NCBI GenBank assembly: GCA_020726085.1 | Contig: DYTG01000002.1 | Coordinates: 1-42,136 of the forward strand | Origin: Sulfurovum sp. | GTDB lineage: Bacteria; Campylobacterota; Campylobacteria; Campylobacterales; Sulfurovaceae | Direction: 5' to 3' | DNA: 42,136 nt | Shown: positions 33,840 to 42,136 of the stretch, piece by piece | How positions within the stretch are numbered: the stretch's first letter is position 1 | How the letters are laid out: each line of letters opens with the position of its first letter | Translations under genes and position numbers: made by a program | Notes under the pieces: generated by a model | What the model was told of the DNA's origin: nothing | The model's database searches: none | Seen by the model: the letters and a program-made list of their open reading frames with translations, nothing else

Positions 33840-35344
33840 TCCATATTCCTCTTTTTATCAATGTGATACTGTGCATAAATTCCATAACCCATAACCGTAA
33901 TCATAGGAAAAAGCGATGCGAAAGCGATGAGTCCAAACCCATCTATCAAGGGATTTCTCCCCTCAATGTTTTGAGCTAGTCCCAATCCAAGGGCAGCTAC
34001 TAGCGGAACCGTTACCGTAGAAGTCGTTACCCCGCCGCTATCGTAAGCGATGGGAATAATAAATTTGGGAGCAAAATAGGTCATAATAACAACGATAATA
34101 TAACCTACAATAATATAATAGTGAATGGGGTCTCCCACAACAATTCGATACGAACCCAACGCAATACCAACCGCAACGCCCAAAGCTACAATGGCTCGAA
34201 GCACAAATTGTTTGATGTTGCCTTGACTAATCTCTTGTGCTTTGATAGCAATTGCCAGAAGTGCGGGCTCTGCCATGGTGGTCGAAAAACCAATCAAAAA
34301 GGCAAAGAGATAGATAAGTAGATTGTTGGACATCGATGTGAGTTGAAAAGCTATCGTCTCGCCAATCGGAAAGAGTCCCATCTCTAATCCAACGATGAAA
34401 GCATAAAGTCCCAAAATCACCATAGCGATACCCGAAATGATTTTGTGTAGGTGTTCAACGGGTTTGCGAATAATAATGTATTGAAAAAAGAAAATCACAA
34501 TCAAGATAGGGGCGACATCTTCAATCACCCCAAAAAGCCCCAAAATGCTCTCTTTGAGATCAAACTCATAGGCTTTAGCAGCACTCTTAACCGTTTCACT
34601 CACTACTGTAGCGATACTGCTTGTTTGTTCTACAAAATTGTAAACGTAAATCCCATAAGCTTGAACAAAAATCATGGGCGTTAGAGAAGCAAAAGCAATC
34701 AGTCCAAATCCATCTATAATAGGATTGCGTCCCTTGATACTCGAAGCTAGTCCAATCCCCAAAGCTGCTACAAGCGGTACAGTGACTGTTGAAGTGGTCA
34801 CCCCACCGCTATCGTAAGCGAGTCCAATAATCTCTTTGGGTGCAAAAAATGTCATTGCTACTACCATTATATAACCCGATATAATGTAGTATTGAATAGG
34901 GTGTCCTAATAGGATACGCAATACCCCCAATGCAATAGCAGATCCAACCGAAAGTGCTACGGTGATACGTAAAAATAGGGCATCAATCTTACCCTCACTT
35001 ATCGCTGCAGCTTTATCGGCGATAGCAATAAGGGCAGGTTCGGCAATGGTTGTCGAAAAGCCTATCGTAAAAGCAAAAATAAGCAACCAAAACAAAGAGC
35101 CTTTACGGGCAAAATCGGTCGCCAAATTCTCACCGATTGGAAAAATCCCAAGCTCAAGTCCACGGATAAAAAGAGCCAATCCAACGGCTACAATAATCAA
35201 TCCCACAACGATAGAGCTTAACCCCTCGGGGACGGCTTGAATAATGGCTATTTGAAAAAAAGCAACCACCAAAACAATAGGAAGTAGGTCTTTGAAAGAG
35301 TTTTTCAAATCACCGTAAAATATTTTTAAAGTCTCATACATCAC
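33836..35344 (-). CDS. DUF1538-family integral membrane protein (tandem duplicated domain)
   Basis: 502-aa polytopic ORF with two homologous halves. Each half ends in [20 protein letters not shown](I/L)GLA...GRNP(I/L)[12 protein letters not shown]. Confidence 0.75.
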   Translation of the reverse strand: MMYETLKIFYGDLKNSFKDLLPIVLVVAFFQIAIIQAVPEGLSSIVVGLIIVAVGLALFIRGLELGIFPIGENLATDFARKGSLFWLLIFAFTIGFSTTIAEPALIAIADKAAAISEGKIDALFLRITVALSVGSAIALGVLRILLGHPIQYYIISGYIMVVAMTFFAPKEIIGLAYDSGGVTTSTVTVPLVAALGIGLASSIKGRNPIIDGFGLIAFASLTPMIFVQAYGIYVYNFVEQTSSIATVVSETVKSAAKAYEFDLKESILGLFGVIEDVAPILIVIFFFQYIIIRKPVEHLHKIISGIAMVILGLYAFIVGLEMGLFPIGETIAFQLTSMSNNLLIYLFAFLIGFSTTMAEPALLAIAIKAQEISQGNIKQFVLRAIVALGVAVGIALGSYRIVVGDPIHYYIIVGYIIVVIMTYFAPKFIIPIAYDSGGVTTSTVTVPLVAALGLGLAQNIEGRNPLIDGFGLIAFASLFPMITVMGYGIYAQYHIDKKRNME

Positions 35345-35389
35345 AAAATTATACCTTATTCAATCTAATAATTGCTTATCTATTCCAAA

Positions 35390-36241
35390 CTAGAGTTCAA
35401 TACAGCTTCCAACACCCGCACTTGTAAGTATCTCCAAAAGTACCGAATGCTCCAAGCGTCCATCAATAATATGAGCCTTTTTGACTCCCCCTTTGAGGGC
35501 ATGGATACACGCATCGACTTTGGGCACCATACCGCCGTGGATTGTCCCGTTGGCTTTGAGGGCGTTGCACTCTTGAATGCTTAGATTAGTGAGAAGATTT
35601 TTATCGTTATCAAGCACCCCTGGTGTATCGGTCAAAAAGAGAATCTTTCTAGCCCCCATCGCTACCGCCAAATGACTTGCTGCCAAATCAGCGTTGATGT
35701 TAAATCCACCGTATTGCGTACTAGCACTTCCTGCAATGGGTGCAATGACGGGTACAAAATTATCATTGATAATCTTATTGACTATTTCGGGATTGACGTG
35801 TTCTATCACTCCTGTGTAGCCAAAATTTTCAAAATCTTTGGGCATGGCTTCAAACAAATTGCCATCTTTTCCTGAAATACCAATCGCTTTGGTGCCTTGA
35901 TTGCTAAGCAAAGTGACGATCTCTTTGTTGATTTCACCGCTAAGTACCATCTCGGCAATTCTTAATACCTCTTTGGTAGTGACGCGTTGTCCATCGACAA
36001 ATTTTGTTTCGATATTGAGTTGGGTGAGCAAATCGGTAATGCTTTTGCCTCCTCCGTGTACGATGATAGGTTTTAGCCCCACAAGATGCAACAAAGCAAT
36101 ATCTTTGGCAAAGCTAAGCTTAAGCTCTTCACTTGTTTGAGCCGAACCGCCGTATTTGATGACGATTTTTTCATTGGAAAATTTTTTGATAAATGGCAAT
36201 GCCTCAAAAAGAGTTTTGACCGTTTCTATTTTGCTTTTCAA
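35390..36241 (-). CDS. argB: acetylglutamate kinase
   Basis: 283-aa ORF with IVIKYGGSA, PIIVHGGG, INADLAA, LFLTDTPGV and GGMVPKV. Confidence 0.93.
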   Translation of the reverse strand: MKSKIETVKTLFEALPFIKKFSNEKIVIKYGGSAQTSEELKLSFAKDIALLHLVGLKPIIVHGGGKSITDLLTQLNIETKFVDGQRVTTKEVLRIAEMVLSGEINKEIVTLLSNQGTKAIGISGKDGNLFEAMPKDFENFGYTGVIEHVNPEIVNKIINDNFVPVIAPIAGSASTQYGGFNINADLAASHLAVAMGARKILFLTDTPGVLDNDKNLLTNLSIQECNALKANGTIHGGMVPKVDACIHALKGGVKKAHIIDGRLEHSVLLEILTSAGVGSCIEL

Positions 36242-36810
36242 TCACGCTTCCTTAAATCAGATAAAATATGTATTTAATTATAGCATATCAGAGGAGGAGT
36301 TATCTTAAATTTACGGCTGAGGTGTTTTTTTATGAGTATATTGATGATCCCACTTCATTGTGCTATAATTATTTCTTCTCGTTCCACCTCTCCATTTCCA
36401 CCAAGCCTTGCATACCCTCATGATCTCTAGTGCTACTGTATCTCTAGTGTTTAGCCTCATCTACATAATGATTTGCTTTTTTATAAAACTATAATACCCC
36501 AACAAATAAAAACAACTTTTAATCAACACTCTAGCCAAAAAAACCTAGCTAAAGTGAAGATATTATAGTATTCTAACTACCATGAAAAAAACTACAAAAC
36601 ATAGTAATAAACCTATCCCCAATATTAGATAAAAACACTCAAACAACTGCTCTCTATGTTTATGAACCCACTCACGTATCGTATTTACAAATAAAAGTGC
36701 GTAACATCAGCTATAACTTCTCATTTGATAATTTTTTCTTACTTTCAAGTGAGTATCAAGGTAGCAAAATGTATAATTTCGTTACAATTTATGGGAAAAT
36801 AGGAGTATAT

Positions 36811-37941
36811 TTGTCTGATATAACCGTGATACTGCTTAGTGCTGGGAACGCAACACGTTTTCGTAGCGATAAAACGACACACTATCCCAAAAAGCAGTGG
36901 CTCTACAGTGGCAACCAACCCTTATGGTTGCACGTTGCCAAAGAGTTTGAGGCATTAGGATTTGATGATATTGTGGTAGTTGCAGCACAAGAGGAGCTTG
37001 AGTATATGCAAAGTTTTGCAACCTATCGCTTTGTGAAGGGCGGTGACACTCGTCAAGCTTCGCTTACTTATGCTCTCAAAAACGTCGAGAGCGACTATGT
37101 GCTTGTCAATGACACAGCTCGATGTTGTATTGATGGGGCAATGATAGAGCGTATTATGTATGCCAAGGGCGATTGTGTTGTGCCTGTACTCAACGCTGTC
37201 GATACACTCTACTACGATGCAAAGCCACTGGAGCGTGAACGTGTAAAAATGATACAAACTCCTCAAAAAAGCAACACCCAACGACTCAAAGAGGCATTGG
37301 CACAAGGGAGAGACTTTAGCGATGAGAGTTCGGCTATTGCTTCTATGGGTGGAGAGGTTGTCTTTGTGGAGGGCTCACCTCTTGCTCATAAACTCACTCT
37401 CATCAGTGATTTAAGCCAACTCCCCTGTCTTAGCGTACCAGCTCCTACACAATTTGTAGGTTTTGGAGTCGATATTCACCCCTTTGAAGCGGGTAAAACG
37501 ATGAAATTGTGCGGTGTTGCCATTGATAGCGTTGATTTTGGCTTCCAAGCCCACAGCGATGGCGATGTGGCGATTCATGCACTTATTGATGCCCTTTTGG
37601 GAGCTTGTGGGATGGGTGATATTGGAATGCTCTATCCCGATAGCGATCATCAATACGCCAATATCGATTCAACGATTTTGCTTGTCGATACGGTGGCTAA
37701 GATACGCTCCGTTGGCTTTGCAATTATCAATGTCGATATGACGATTATGGCACAAACACCCCGACTTCTACCCTACAAAGAGGCGATGAAGCAGAGGCTT
37801 TCGCAACTCCTAGCAATCGAAAAACGCTACATCAATATCAAAGCTACCACAGCGGAAAAACTGGGCTTTGTGGGACGAAAAGAGGGAGTAATGGTACAAG
37901 CTGTTGCCAATCTACACTATTTTGATTGGAGTAAGATATGA
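36811..37941 (+). CDS. ispDF: bifunctional 2-C-methyl-D-erythritol 4-phosphate cytidylyltransferase / MEcPP synthase
   Basis: I chose the TTG at 36811 after a GGAG RBS, giving 376 aa (the track ORF starts at 36697). The IspD part has VILLSAGNATRF and VNDTARC. The IspF part has GFGVDIHPF, GFQAHSDGDVAIHAL and TTAEKLGFVGR. Confidence 0.88.
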   Translation: MSDITVILLSAGNATRFRSDKTTHYPKKQWLYSGNQPLWLHVAKEFEALGFDDIVVVAAQEELEYMQSFATYRFVKGGDTRQASLTYALKNVESDYVLVNDTARCCIDGAMIERIMYAKGDCVVPVLNAVDTLYYDAKPLERERVKMIQTPQKSNTQRLKEALAQGRDFSDESSAIASMGGEVVFVEGSPLAHKLTLISDLSQLPCLSVPAPTQFVGFGVDIHPFEAGKTMKLCGVAIDSVDFGFQAHSDGDVAIHALIDALLGACGMGDIGMLYPDSDHQYANIDSTILLVDTVAKIRSVGFAIINVDMTIMAQTPRLLPYKEAMKQRLSQLLAIEKRYINIKATTAEKLGFVGRKEGVMVQAVANLHYFDWSKI

Positions 37942-38819
37942 AAATAGTAATAGTAGAAAATGAGCTTTATTTGGCTCAAAGTATCGCTTCAAAGCTTCTT
38001 GATAGCGGATTTAATACCGAGATTTTTACTACCGTCAAGGAGGCGTTGGAGTCTAGTGGGGATATCTATCTGCTCTCTACCAATCTCCCTGGGCAAAACT
38101 TCTTTCCGCTTATTACCAAATTTAAAAACAAAATCATCATTTTGATGGTCAATTACATCAACAACAACACCGTAAGCGAACCTTTGGAACTAGGAGCCAA
38201 GGATTATATCGTTAAGCCCTTTAAAATCGAAGAGTTGTTACGCAAAATCAACCACTATCAAGAGTATCAAAAGCATCAAATCAAAGGAGAACTATTTGTA
38301 TCTTATACCGATAATTTACTCAAAGAATTGACGTACAATTTTGATATTGATAGTGTTGGACTACCGCTTGTCATTGAGACCAACTACCAACGCCTTGCCG
38401 ATAAGATAGTTTTTGATTACGCCAAAGCCCACAACTACACCCTTATCTATATTCCACTCACCCATCCCAATTGGGTCAAAATGATAGAAAAAAGCAACCC
38501 CCAATACATGCTTTATATTTGCGATATAGAAATTCTCAAAAAAGTTGAAAAAACCCAACTCTTTAAAACATTAGATGGGTATAATTTTATTATATCAACC
38601 ACTTCTGGCGTGGAGACACCCTATCGTTGTGTCTCTATCATCAGTGAATCAAAGCTCTACGATCAAAATGAGATATTAACCATTGACGACTATGTTAAAT
38701 TCATCGTTACCAATTTTCAATATCAATTTCCCGATACAGAGCTATCCAAACAATTAGGCATATCACGCAAAAGTTTATGGGAAAAGAGAAAGAAGTATGG
38801 AATCTTCAAGAAAAAATAG
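37938..38819 (+). CDS. atypical (phosphoacceptor-less) response regulator, HP1021/CemR-like
   Basis: The ATG overlaps the ispDF TGA (ATGA). The receiver-like N-terminus has Ser at position 47 (YLLSTNLPG, codon 38076-38078) where Asp is expected, and ENE instead of the acidic pair. KPF is conserved. There is a C-terminal Fis-type HTH (ELSKQLGISRKSLWEKRKKYGI). Synteny with ispDF upstream matches HP1020-HP1021. Confidence 0.8.
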   Translation: MKIVIVENELYLAQSIASKLLDSGFNTEIFTTVKEALESSGDIYLLSTNLPGQNFFPLITKFKNKIIILMVNYINNNTVSEPLELGAKDYIVKPFKIEELLRKINHYQEYQKHQIKGELFVSYTDNLLKELTYNFDIDSVGLPLVIETNYQRLADKIVFDYAKAHNYTLIYIPLTHPNWVKMIEKSNPQYMLYICDIEILKKVEKTQLFKTLDGYNFIISTTSGVETPYRCVSIISESKLYDQNEILTIDDYVKFIVTNFQYQFPDTELSKQLGISRKSLWEKRKKYGIFKKK

Positions 38820-39987
38820 TTCAATTTATATCGATACTGAAGCCCTATCGACTTTGGCACTCGTACAAGAGGGGCTTATTGCTCCTGTGGAGGGGCTTAT
38901 GAGCAAAGCCCAAGCTGATAAGGTCAATGAGACCAAAATATTCAAAGGCGTTCCGTTTCCTTTTTCGTTTATTTTGGCTCCTAGTGGAACGCAAAACAAA
39001 AAAACATTGGCAAAGCTCAAAAAAGCTCAAACCATCGATTTGGTTTCCAATAAGAAAAAAGTAGGAGAGCTTCAGGTGCAAGAGACCTTTGCCATCGACC
39101 CTACCCAACGTCTCCACCGAATCTACGGCACAAGCGACCCCTCGCATCCTGGAGTCAAAAATACCATGGCACGGCTAGGTGAACGGGCGTTGTGCGGCAA
39201 ATACCGTGTGGAGTATCCCATGATAAGCGATACCAAATACAAAGTCACGCAAGTGATAGAGCGAACGGGAGCTAAAAAAATATCCGCCATAATGCTCGCT
39301 GCCAATCCGCTCAATCGTGCGCATGAACGCATGATACGCCAAACGCTCAACGGTTGCGATTTACTCATTATCTTTTTGCGTAAACCCTTCACTAAAGAGG
39401 GGCTTGATTACGCTATTCGTGAAAAGGCCCTCAATGCCTTTATCGACAACTATTTGCCTCGTGACAAAGTCATTGTGATACCTTTTGAAAATACCTATAT
39501 CTTTGCAGGATACAATGAGCTGATTTTGGATGCCCTACTTGCCAAAAACTACGGATGCAATAAGCTCGTAGTAGGAAGAAACCACGCGGGATTGGGGCTG
39601 CACTTCGATAAAGATGGATTCAATACCATTTTTGATACATTCAAAACCATTGATATAGAGATTGAGATGGTCGATGAGTACGTCTATTGCAATATTTGCA
39701 ACACTTTGGTGAGTCTCCAAACCTGCCCTCATGGGCAACACCACCATGTCCACTACCACTCCGATTCGATCATGAAGCTTATCCAAAGCGGTATCATTCC
39801 TCCTACTATCTTGGTACGCAAAGAGGTGAGTGCGAGTATCCTAGTGGCACTTTTTCCCAATCGCTTTGAGAACCTACTTGATCTCTACTACTCACTTATG
39901 CCCGATAATGGACTCATCGAAGAGAAAAAGGAAGAGGAGTTTTATATCAAGCTTATGGAGCTGTATAAAACGACATCGTTAAGCTAA
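38797..39987 (+). CDS. ATP-sulfurylase-like (sulfate adenylyltransferase family) protein
   Basis: 396-aa ORF that overlaps the regulator gene by 23 nt. It has ATP-sulfurylase motifs AANPLNRAHERM (for QTRNPxHRAH) and VVGRNHAGLG (for GRDHAG), plus a C-terminal Cys/His cluster CNICNTLVSLQTCPHGQHHHVHYH. Confidence 0.7.
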   Translation: MESSRKNSSIYIDTEALSTLALVQEGLIAPVEGLMSKAQADKVNETKIFKGVPFPFSFILAPSGTQNKKTLAKLKKAQTIDLVSNKKKVGELQVQETFAIDPTQRLHRIYGTSDPSHPGVKNTMARLGERALCGKYRVEYPMISDTKYKVTQVIERTGAKKISAIMLAANPLNRAHERMIRQTLNGCDLLIIFLRKPFTKEGLDYAIREKALNAFIDNYLPRDKVIVIPFENTYIFAGYNELILDALLAKNYGCNKLVVGRNHAGLGLHFDKDGFNTIFDTFKTIDIEIEMVDEYVYCNICNTLVSLQTCPHGQHHHVHYHSDSIMKLIQSGIIPPTILVRKEVSASILVALFPNRFENLLDLYYSLMPDNGLIEEKKEEEFYIKLMELYKTTSLS

Positions 39988-39998
39988 AGGAGTCTTGA

Positions 39999-40490
39999 TT
40001 GAACGTACAAAAACTATTTCTTACCTTTTTTGGTTCAGGTCTAGCACCCAAGGCACCTGGTACTTTTGGGACGTTGGCGGCTTTGCCTTTTGGGGTTGTT
40101 GTGTTGTACTATTTGGGTATGGATTCGCTTTTTATGCTTACGTTTGCTGTGACGATTATTGGAGTGCTTGAAATCAATAAATACGAAAAATTGACAGGCA
40201 AACATGATCAAAAAGAGATCGTCATTGATGAAGCCGTAGGGATATGGATAACGCTTATGATAGCCTATGCAACGCTTGAACAACACTCCTTTGCCTATGC
40301 CAAGCCCTTTGCTATTGTGCTAAGTTTTGCTCTTTTTAGGCTCTTTGATATATGGAAACCCTCGACGATAGGGTGGATTGATAGAGAAATCAAGGGGGGT
40401 TTGGGTGTCATGGGCGATGATATTTTAGCGGGAATTGCTGCGGGTGTGATGAGTGCTTCGATAATTATCGGAGTTGCCAAAGCTCTTTAG
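39999..40490 (+). CDS. pgpA: phosphatidylglycerophosphatase A
   Basis: 163-aa ORF with a TTG start after a GGAG RBS. Motifs include FFGSGLAPKAPGTFGTLAALP, VIDEAVG, RLFDIWKP and GVMGDDILAG. Confidence 0.88.
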   Translation: MNVQKLFLTFFGSGLAPKAPGTFGTLAALPFGVVVLYYLGMDSLFMLTFAVTIIGVLEINKYEKLTGKHDQKEIVIDEAVGIWITLMIAYATLEQHSFAYAKPFAIVLSFALFRLFDIWKPSTIGWIDREIKGGLGVMGDDILAGIAAGVMSASIIIGVAKAL

Positions 40491-40501
40491 GGAGGGGTGG
40501 A

Positions 40502-41554
40502 ATGTTTGAAAAACCCAAATTAACCGAATATGTAATGGCACGAGTGATTAGTATTGCTATTTTTATTATCATCATTGCAGGGATATTTGCCTCTATTGTT
40601 TTCCCTGAGCGTTATATCGTACTTGATTTGTTGTTTTTAACGGTTGCACTTAGCATTCTTATTTATGCTGTCTATATTATGATTGAGCGATTGGAGTTTA
40701 AGCTCAACCGTATCAATCGCCACCTTGTCGAACTTACAGACAACAGCGACCCCGATAATCATACCTTTTTTTTCACCCGTGAGTTTGAAAATATCAACCA
40801 AAACCTCATTGAGATACTCAGACAAGCCCGTAAACGCTACAGTGACAAACAAAAATACAATCTCAAACTCAAAATCAAAAATCAACAACGCAGCGACATT
40901 TTAGCCGCCATTGCACATGAGTTTCGCAATCCTATCTCCTCGATTATGGGATACTCGCAAACGCTTATCGAAGATGAGATGATAGCCCCTGTACTCAAAA
41001 AGAAGTTTTTGCAAAAAATCTACAACAATTCAACCAAAATTGAAGAGATTTTGAGTCGTTTGCTACTCTGGAATCACTTTGAGAGCGGACAAATGCAGTT
41101 GCAAATCTCCCATTTTGATTTGTTTAAACTTACCCAAGATACCATTACCCAACTCCAAGAGAAATACAAAGAGCGTGAGGTTGCCATTGAGACACCCCAG
41201 AGCATCAAGATGAGGGCTGATCGCACCATGATAGAGATTGTATTGAAAAATTTAATCGAAAATGCACTAAAATACTCCAAAGAAAAAGTATGGGTTCGTA
41301 TCGACAATGTCTCTATTTTTGTTATCGACCAAGGAATAGGTATCTCTCCTACCAAAATCAAAAAGGTAACCAAGAAGTTTTACCGTACAGGTGACCATGA
41401 TTGGGACAACTCAATGGGATTGGGACTTTCGATTGTCAAAAATATCCTCAAAATGCACGGATGGAAGCTCCAAATCCAAAGCCAAGAGGATAGAGGATCA
41501 AAATTTGGCTTTGATTTTAGCACCCCAATACTCTACGAAAAGGAAAAATCGTGA
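40502..41554 (+). CDS. two-TM sensor histidine kinase (intact catalytic motifs)
   Basis: 350-aa ORF with H-box IAHEFRNPISSIMGY, N-box NLIENALKYS, G1 IDQGIGI and G2 MGLGLSIVKNIL. Confidence 0.88.
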   Translation: MFEKPKLTEYVMARVISIAIFIIIIAGIFASIVFPERYIVLDLLFLTVALSILIYAVYIMIERLEFKLNRINRHLVELTDNSDPDNHTFFFTREFENINQNLIEILRQARKRYSDKQKYNLKLKIKNQQRSDILAAIAHEFRNPISSIMGYSQTLIEDEMIAPVLKKKFLQKIYNNSTKIEEILSRLLLWNHFESGQMQLQISHFDLFKLTQDTITQLQEKYKEREVAIETPQSIKMRADRTMIEIVLKNLIENALKYSKEKVWVRIDNVSIFVIDQGIGISPTKIKKVTKKFYRTGDHDWDNSMGLGLSIVKNILKMHGWKLQIQSQEDRGSKFGFDFSTPILYEKEKS

Positions 41555-41841
41555 TTATTCACATTGTAATGTTTAAATTTAACAAAACCAACAAAGAAGC
41601 ACACATCAATAAAGCAACTCAAATGCTTAGCGATTTGGCTTACAGCGTACCAACGCTCAACTCCATAGAGATAGGCAAAGATTTCTCCAACCAAGAGCGT
41701 TCGATGGATCTTGTCATTACAACTACGTTTGATACCCAAGAGGCTCTAAACGCCTATGCCATCCACCCCGCACATCTCAAAGTCGTAGAGTTTATCAAAG
41801 CCGCCACGGAGTACTCTAGGGTGGTTGATTATGAGAGGTAG
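41551..41841 (+). CDS. Dabb (stress-responsive alpha/beta-barrel) domain protein
   Basis: 96-aa ORF with IIHIVMFKF...EIGKDFS...DLVITTTFDTQEALNAYAIHPAHLKV. It overlaps the kinase stop by 4 nt. Confidence 0.8.
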   Translation: MIIHIVMFKFNKTNKEAHINKATQMLSDLAYSVPTLNSIEIGKDFSNQERSMDLVITTTFDTQEALNAYAIHPAHLKVVEFIKAATEYSRVVDYER

Positions 41842-41882
41842 TTGTTGCCCTCGTTCTCATTATCTAAGGGCATGAAGCAACT
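41840..41882 (+). terminator. candidate operon-end hairpin
   Basis: AGTTG..TGCCCT pairs with AGGGCA..CAACT around a 15-nt loop. It starts at the Dabb stop codon and is followed by ATTTT. The stem is interrupted. Confidence 0.35.
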
Positions 41883-41962
41883 ATTTTAAACAATCTCTTT
41901 TGGATTTGGTGAAAGAATGAGAAAACAATAGGATAAAATTTATTTAAATCAAAAGGGAGTTT

Positions 41963-42136
41963 ATGCCGTATATTGACTGGATGGGGAAAGAAGATGTTGT
42001 AAATCATCACAAAAATATCCCCTACAAAACGATTGAATGCCTTGAAGAGATAGGCGATGTGGATACAGAGAATATGATTATCAAAGGGGATAATCTCTTA
42101 GCTTTGAAATCACTTTTGCCTTATTATGCAAGTAGT
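41963..42136 (+). CDS. 5' end of a site-specific DNA methyltransferase (type III Mod / type IIG-like N-terminus), truncated by the window edge
   Basis: An AAGGGAG RBS precedes the ATG. The translation MPYIDWMGKED...NMIIKGDNLLALKSLLPYY matches the conserved N-terminal block that precedes the IDPPYN motif in N6/N4 methylases. Confidence 0.6.
   Translation, partial: MPYIDWMGKEDVVNHHKNIPYKTIECLEEIGDVDTENMIIKGDNLLALKSLLPYYASS

Noticed and set aside
33836-35344. Internal DNA similarity between the two halves of the DUF1538 gene (for example GCTATCGTAAGCGA at about 34031 and about 34806)
   Set aside because: It reflects an ancient intragenic domain duplication conserved at the protein level. It is not a recent DNA repeat or mobile element.
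36332-36430. 32-codon ORF with a GAGGTG RBS in the long argB/ispDF spacer (also a 36-codon basic ORF on the opposite strand)
   Set aside because: It is too short and featureless to call as a gene from sequence alone. I mention it only within the intergenic finding.
1-42136. Search for CRISPR arrays, tRNA/rRNA/tmRNA genes, IS elements and integrases
   Set aside because: I saw no regularly spaced repeats, no cloverleaf-like GC-rich segments in intergenic regions, and no transposase or integrase-like ORFs. Absence by eye is not proof; tRNAscan, Infernal and ISfinder scans would settle it.

Overview
This is an AT-rich chromosomal segment. Its gene content and synteny look like a Campylobacterota (epsilonproteobacterial) genome: bifunctional ispDF followed by an HP1021/CemR-type response regulator with Ser at position 47, a long TrmB, and a short RecO. 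This taxonomic call is an inference from recognised families, not from a search.

Most of the window is housekeeping:
- proA, rluD, trmB, then ftsE-ftsX and an EnvC-like gene.
- A stress cluster: exported Hsp20, ahpC and a Fur/PerR-like regulator.
- yggS, a CDF transporter and hemD.
- A long minus-strand block: msrA, efp, a lipoprotein, a PAS-GGDEF-EAL protein, tolC, dbpA, DUF465, a methyltransferase, a 3D-domain protein, thrC, CBS, PII-like, DUF1538 and argB.
- An ispDF to Dabb operon.

Five regions stand out:
1. 10.6-17.0 kb: a fully cytoplasmic cluster of two ATP-grasp ligases and two carboxypeptidases (M14-FN3 and M20). The M14 gene and the ligase operon share a promoter-proximal 15-mer. 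This is my best candidate for an undescribed peptide or protein-tail modification system.
2. 18.0-20.2 kb: a scrambled patch of gene fragments. It holds the hisS 3' half, a decayed toxin-antitoxin pair with a G8 tract, and hydrogenase-maturation remnants. A perfect 209-bp direct repeat of recO 3' sequence brackets part of it.
3. 6.4-8.8 kb: an 810-aa hybrid kinase-like protein in which the H-box His, one receiver Asp and the HPt His all appear to be substituted.
4. 33.1-35.3 kb: a DUF1538 / PII-like / CBS membrane module.
5. 36.2-36.8 kb: a 570-bp G-depleted non-coding gap upstream of ispDF.

I saw no rRNA, tRNA, CRISPR array, transposase or integrase. All family assignments rest on motif recognition by eye and need HMM or BLAST confirmation.
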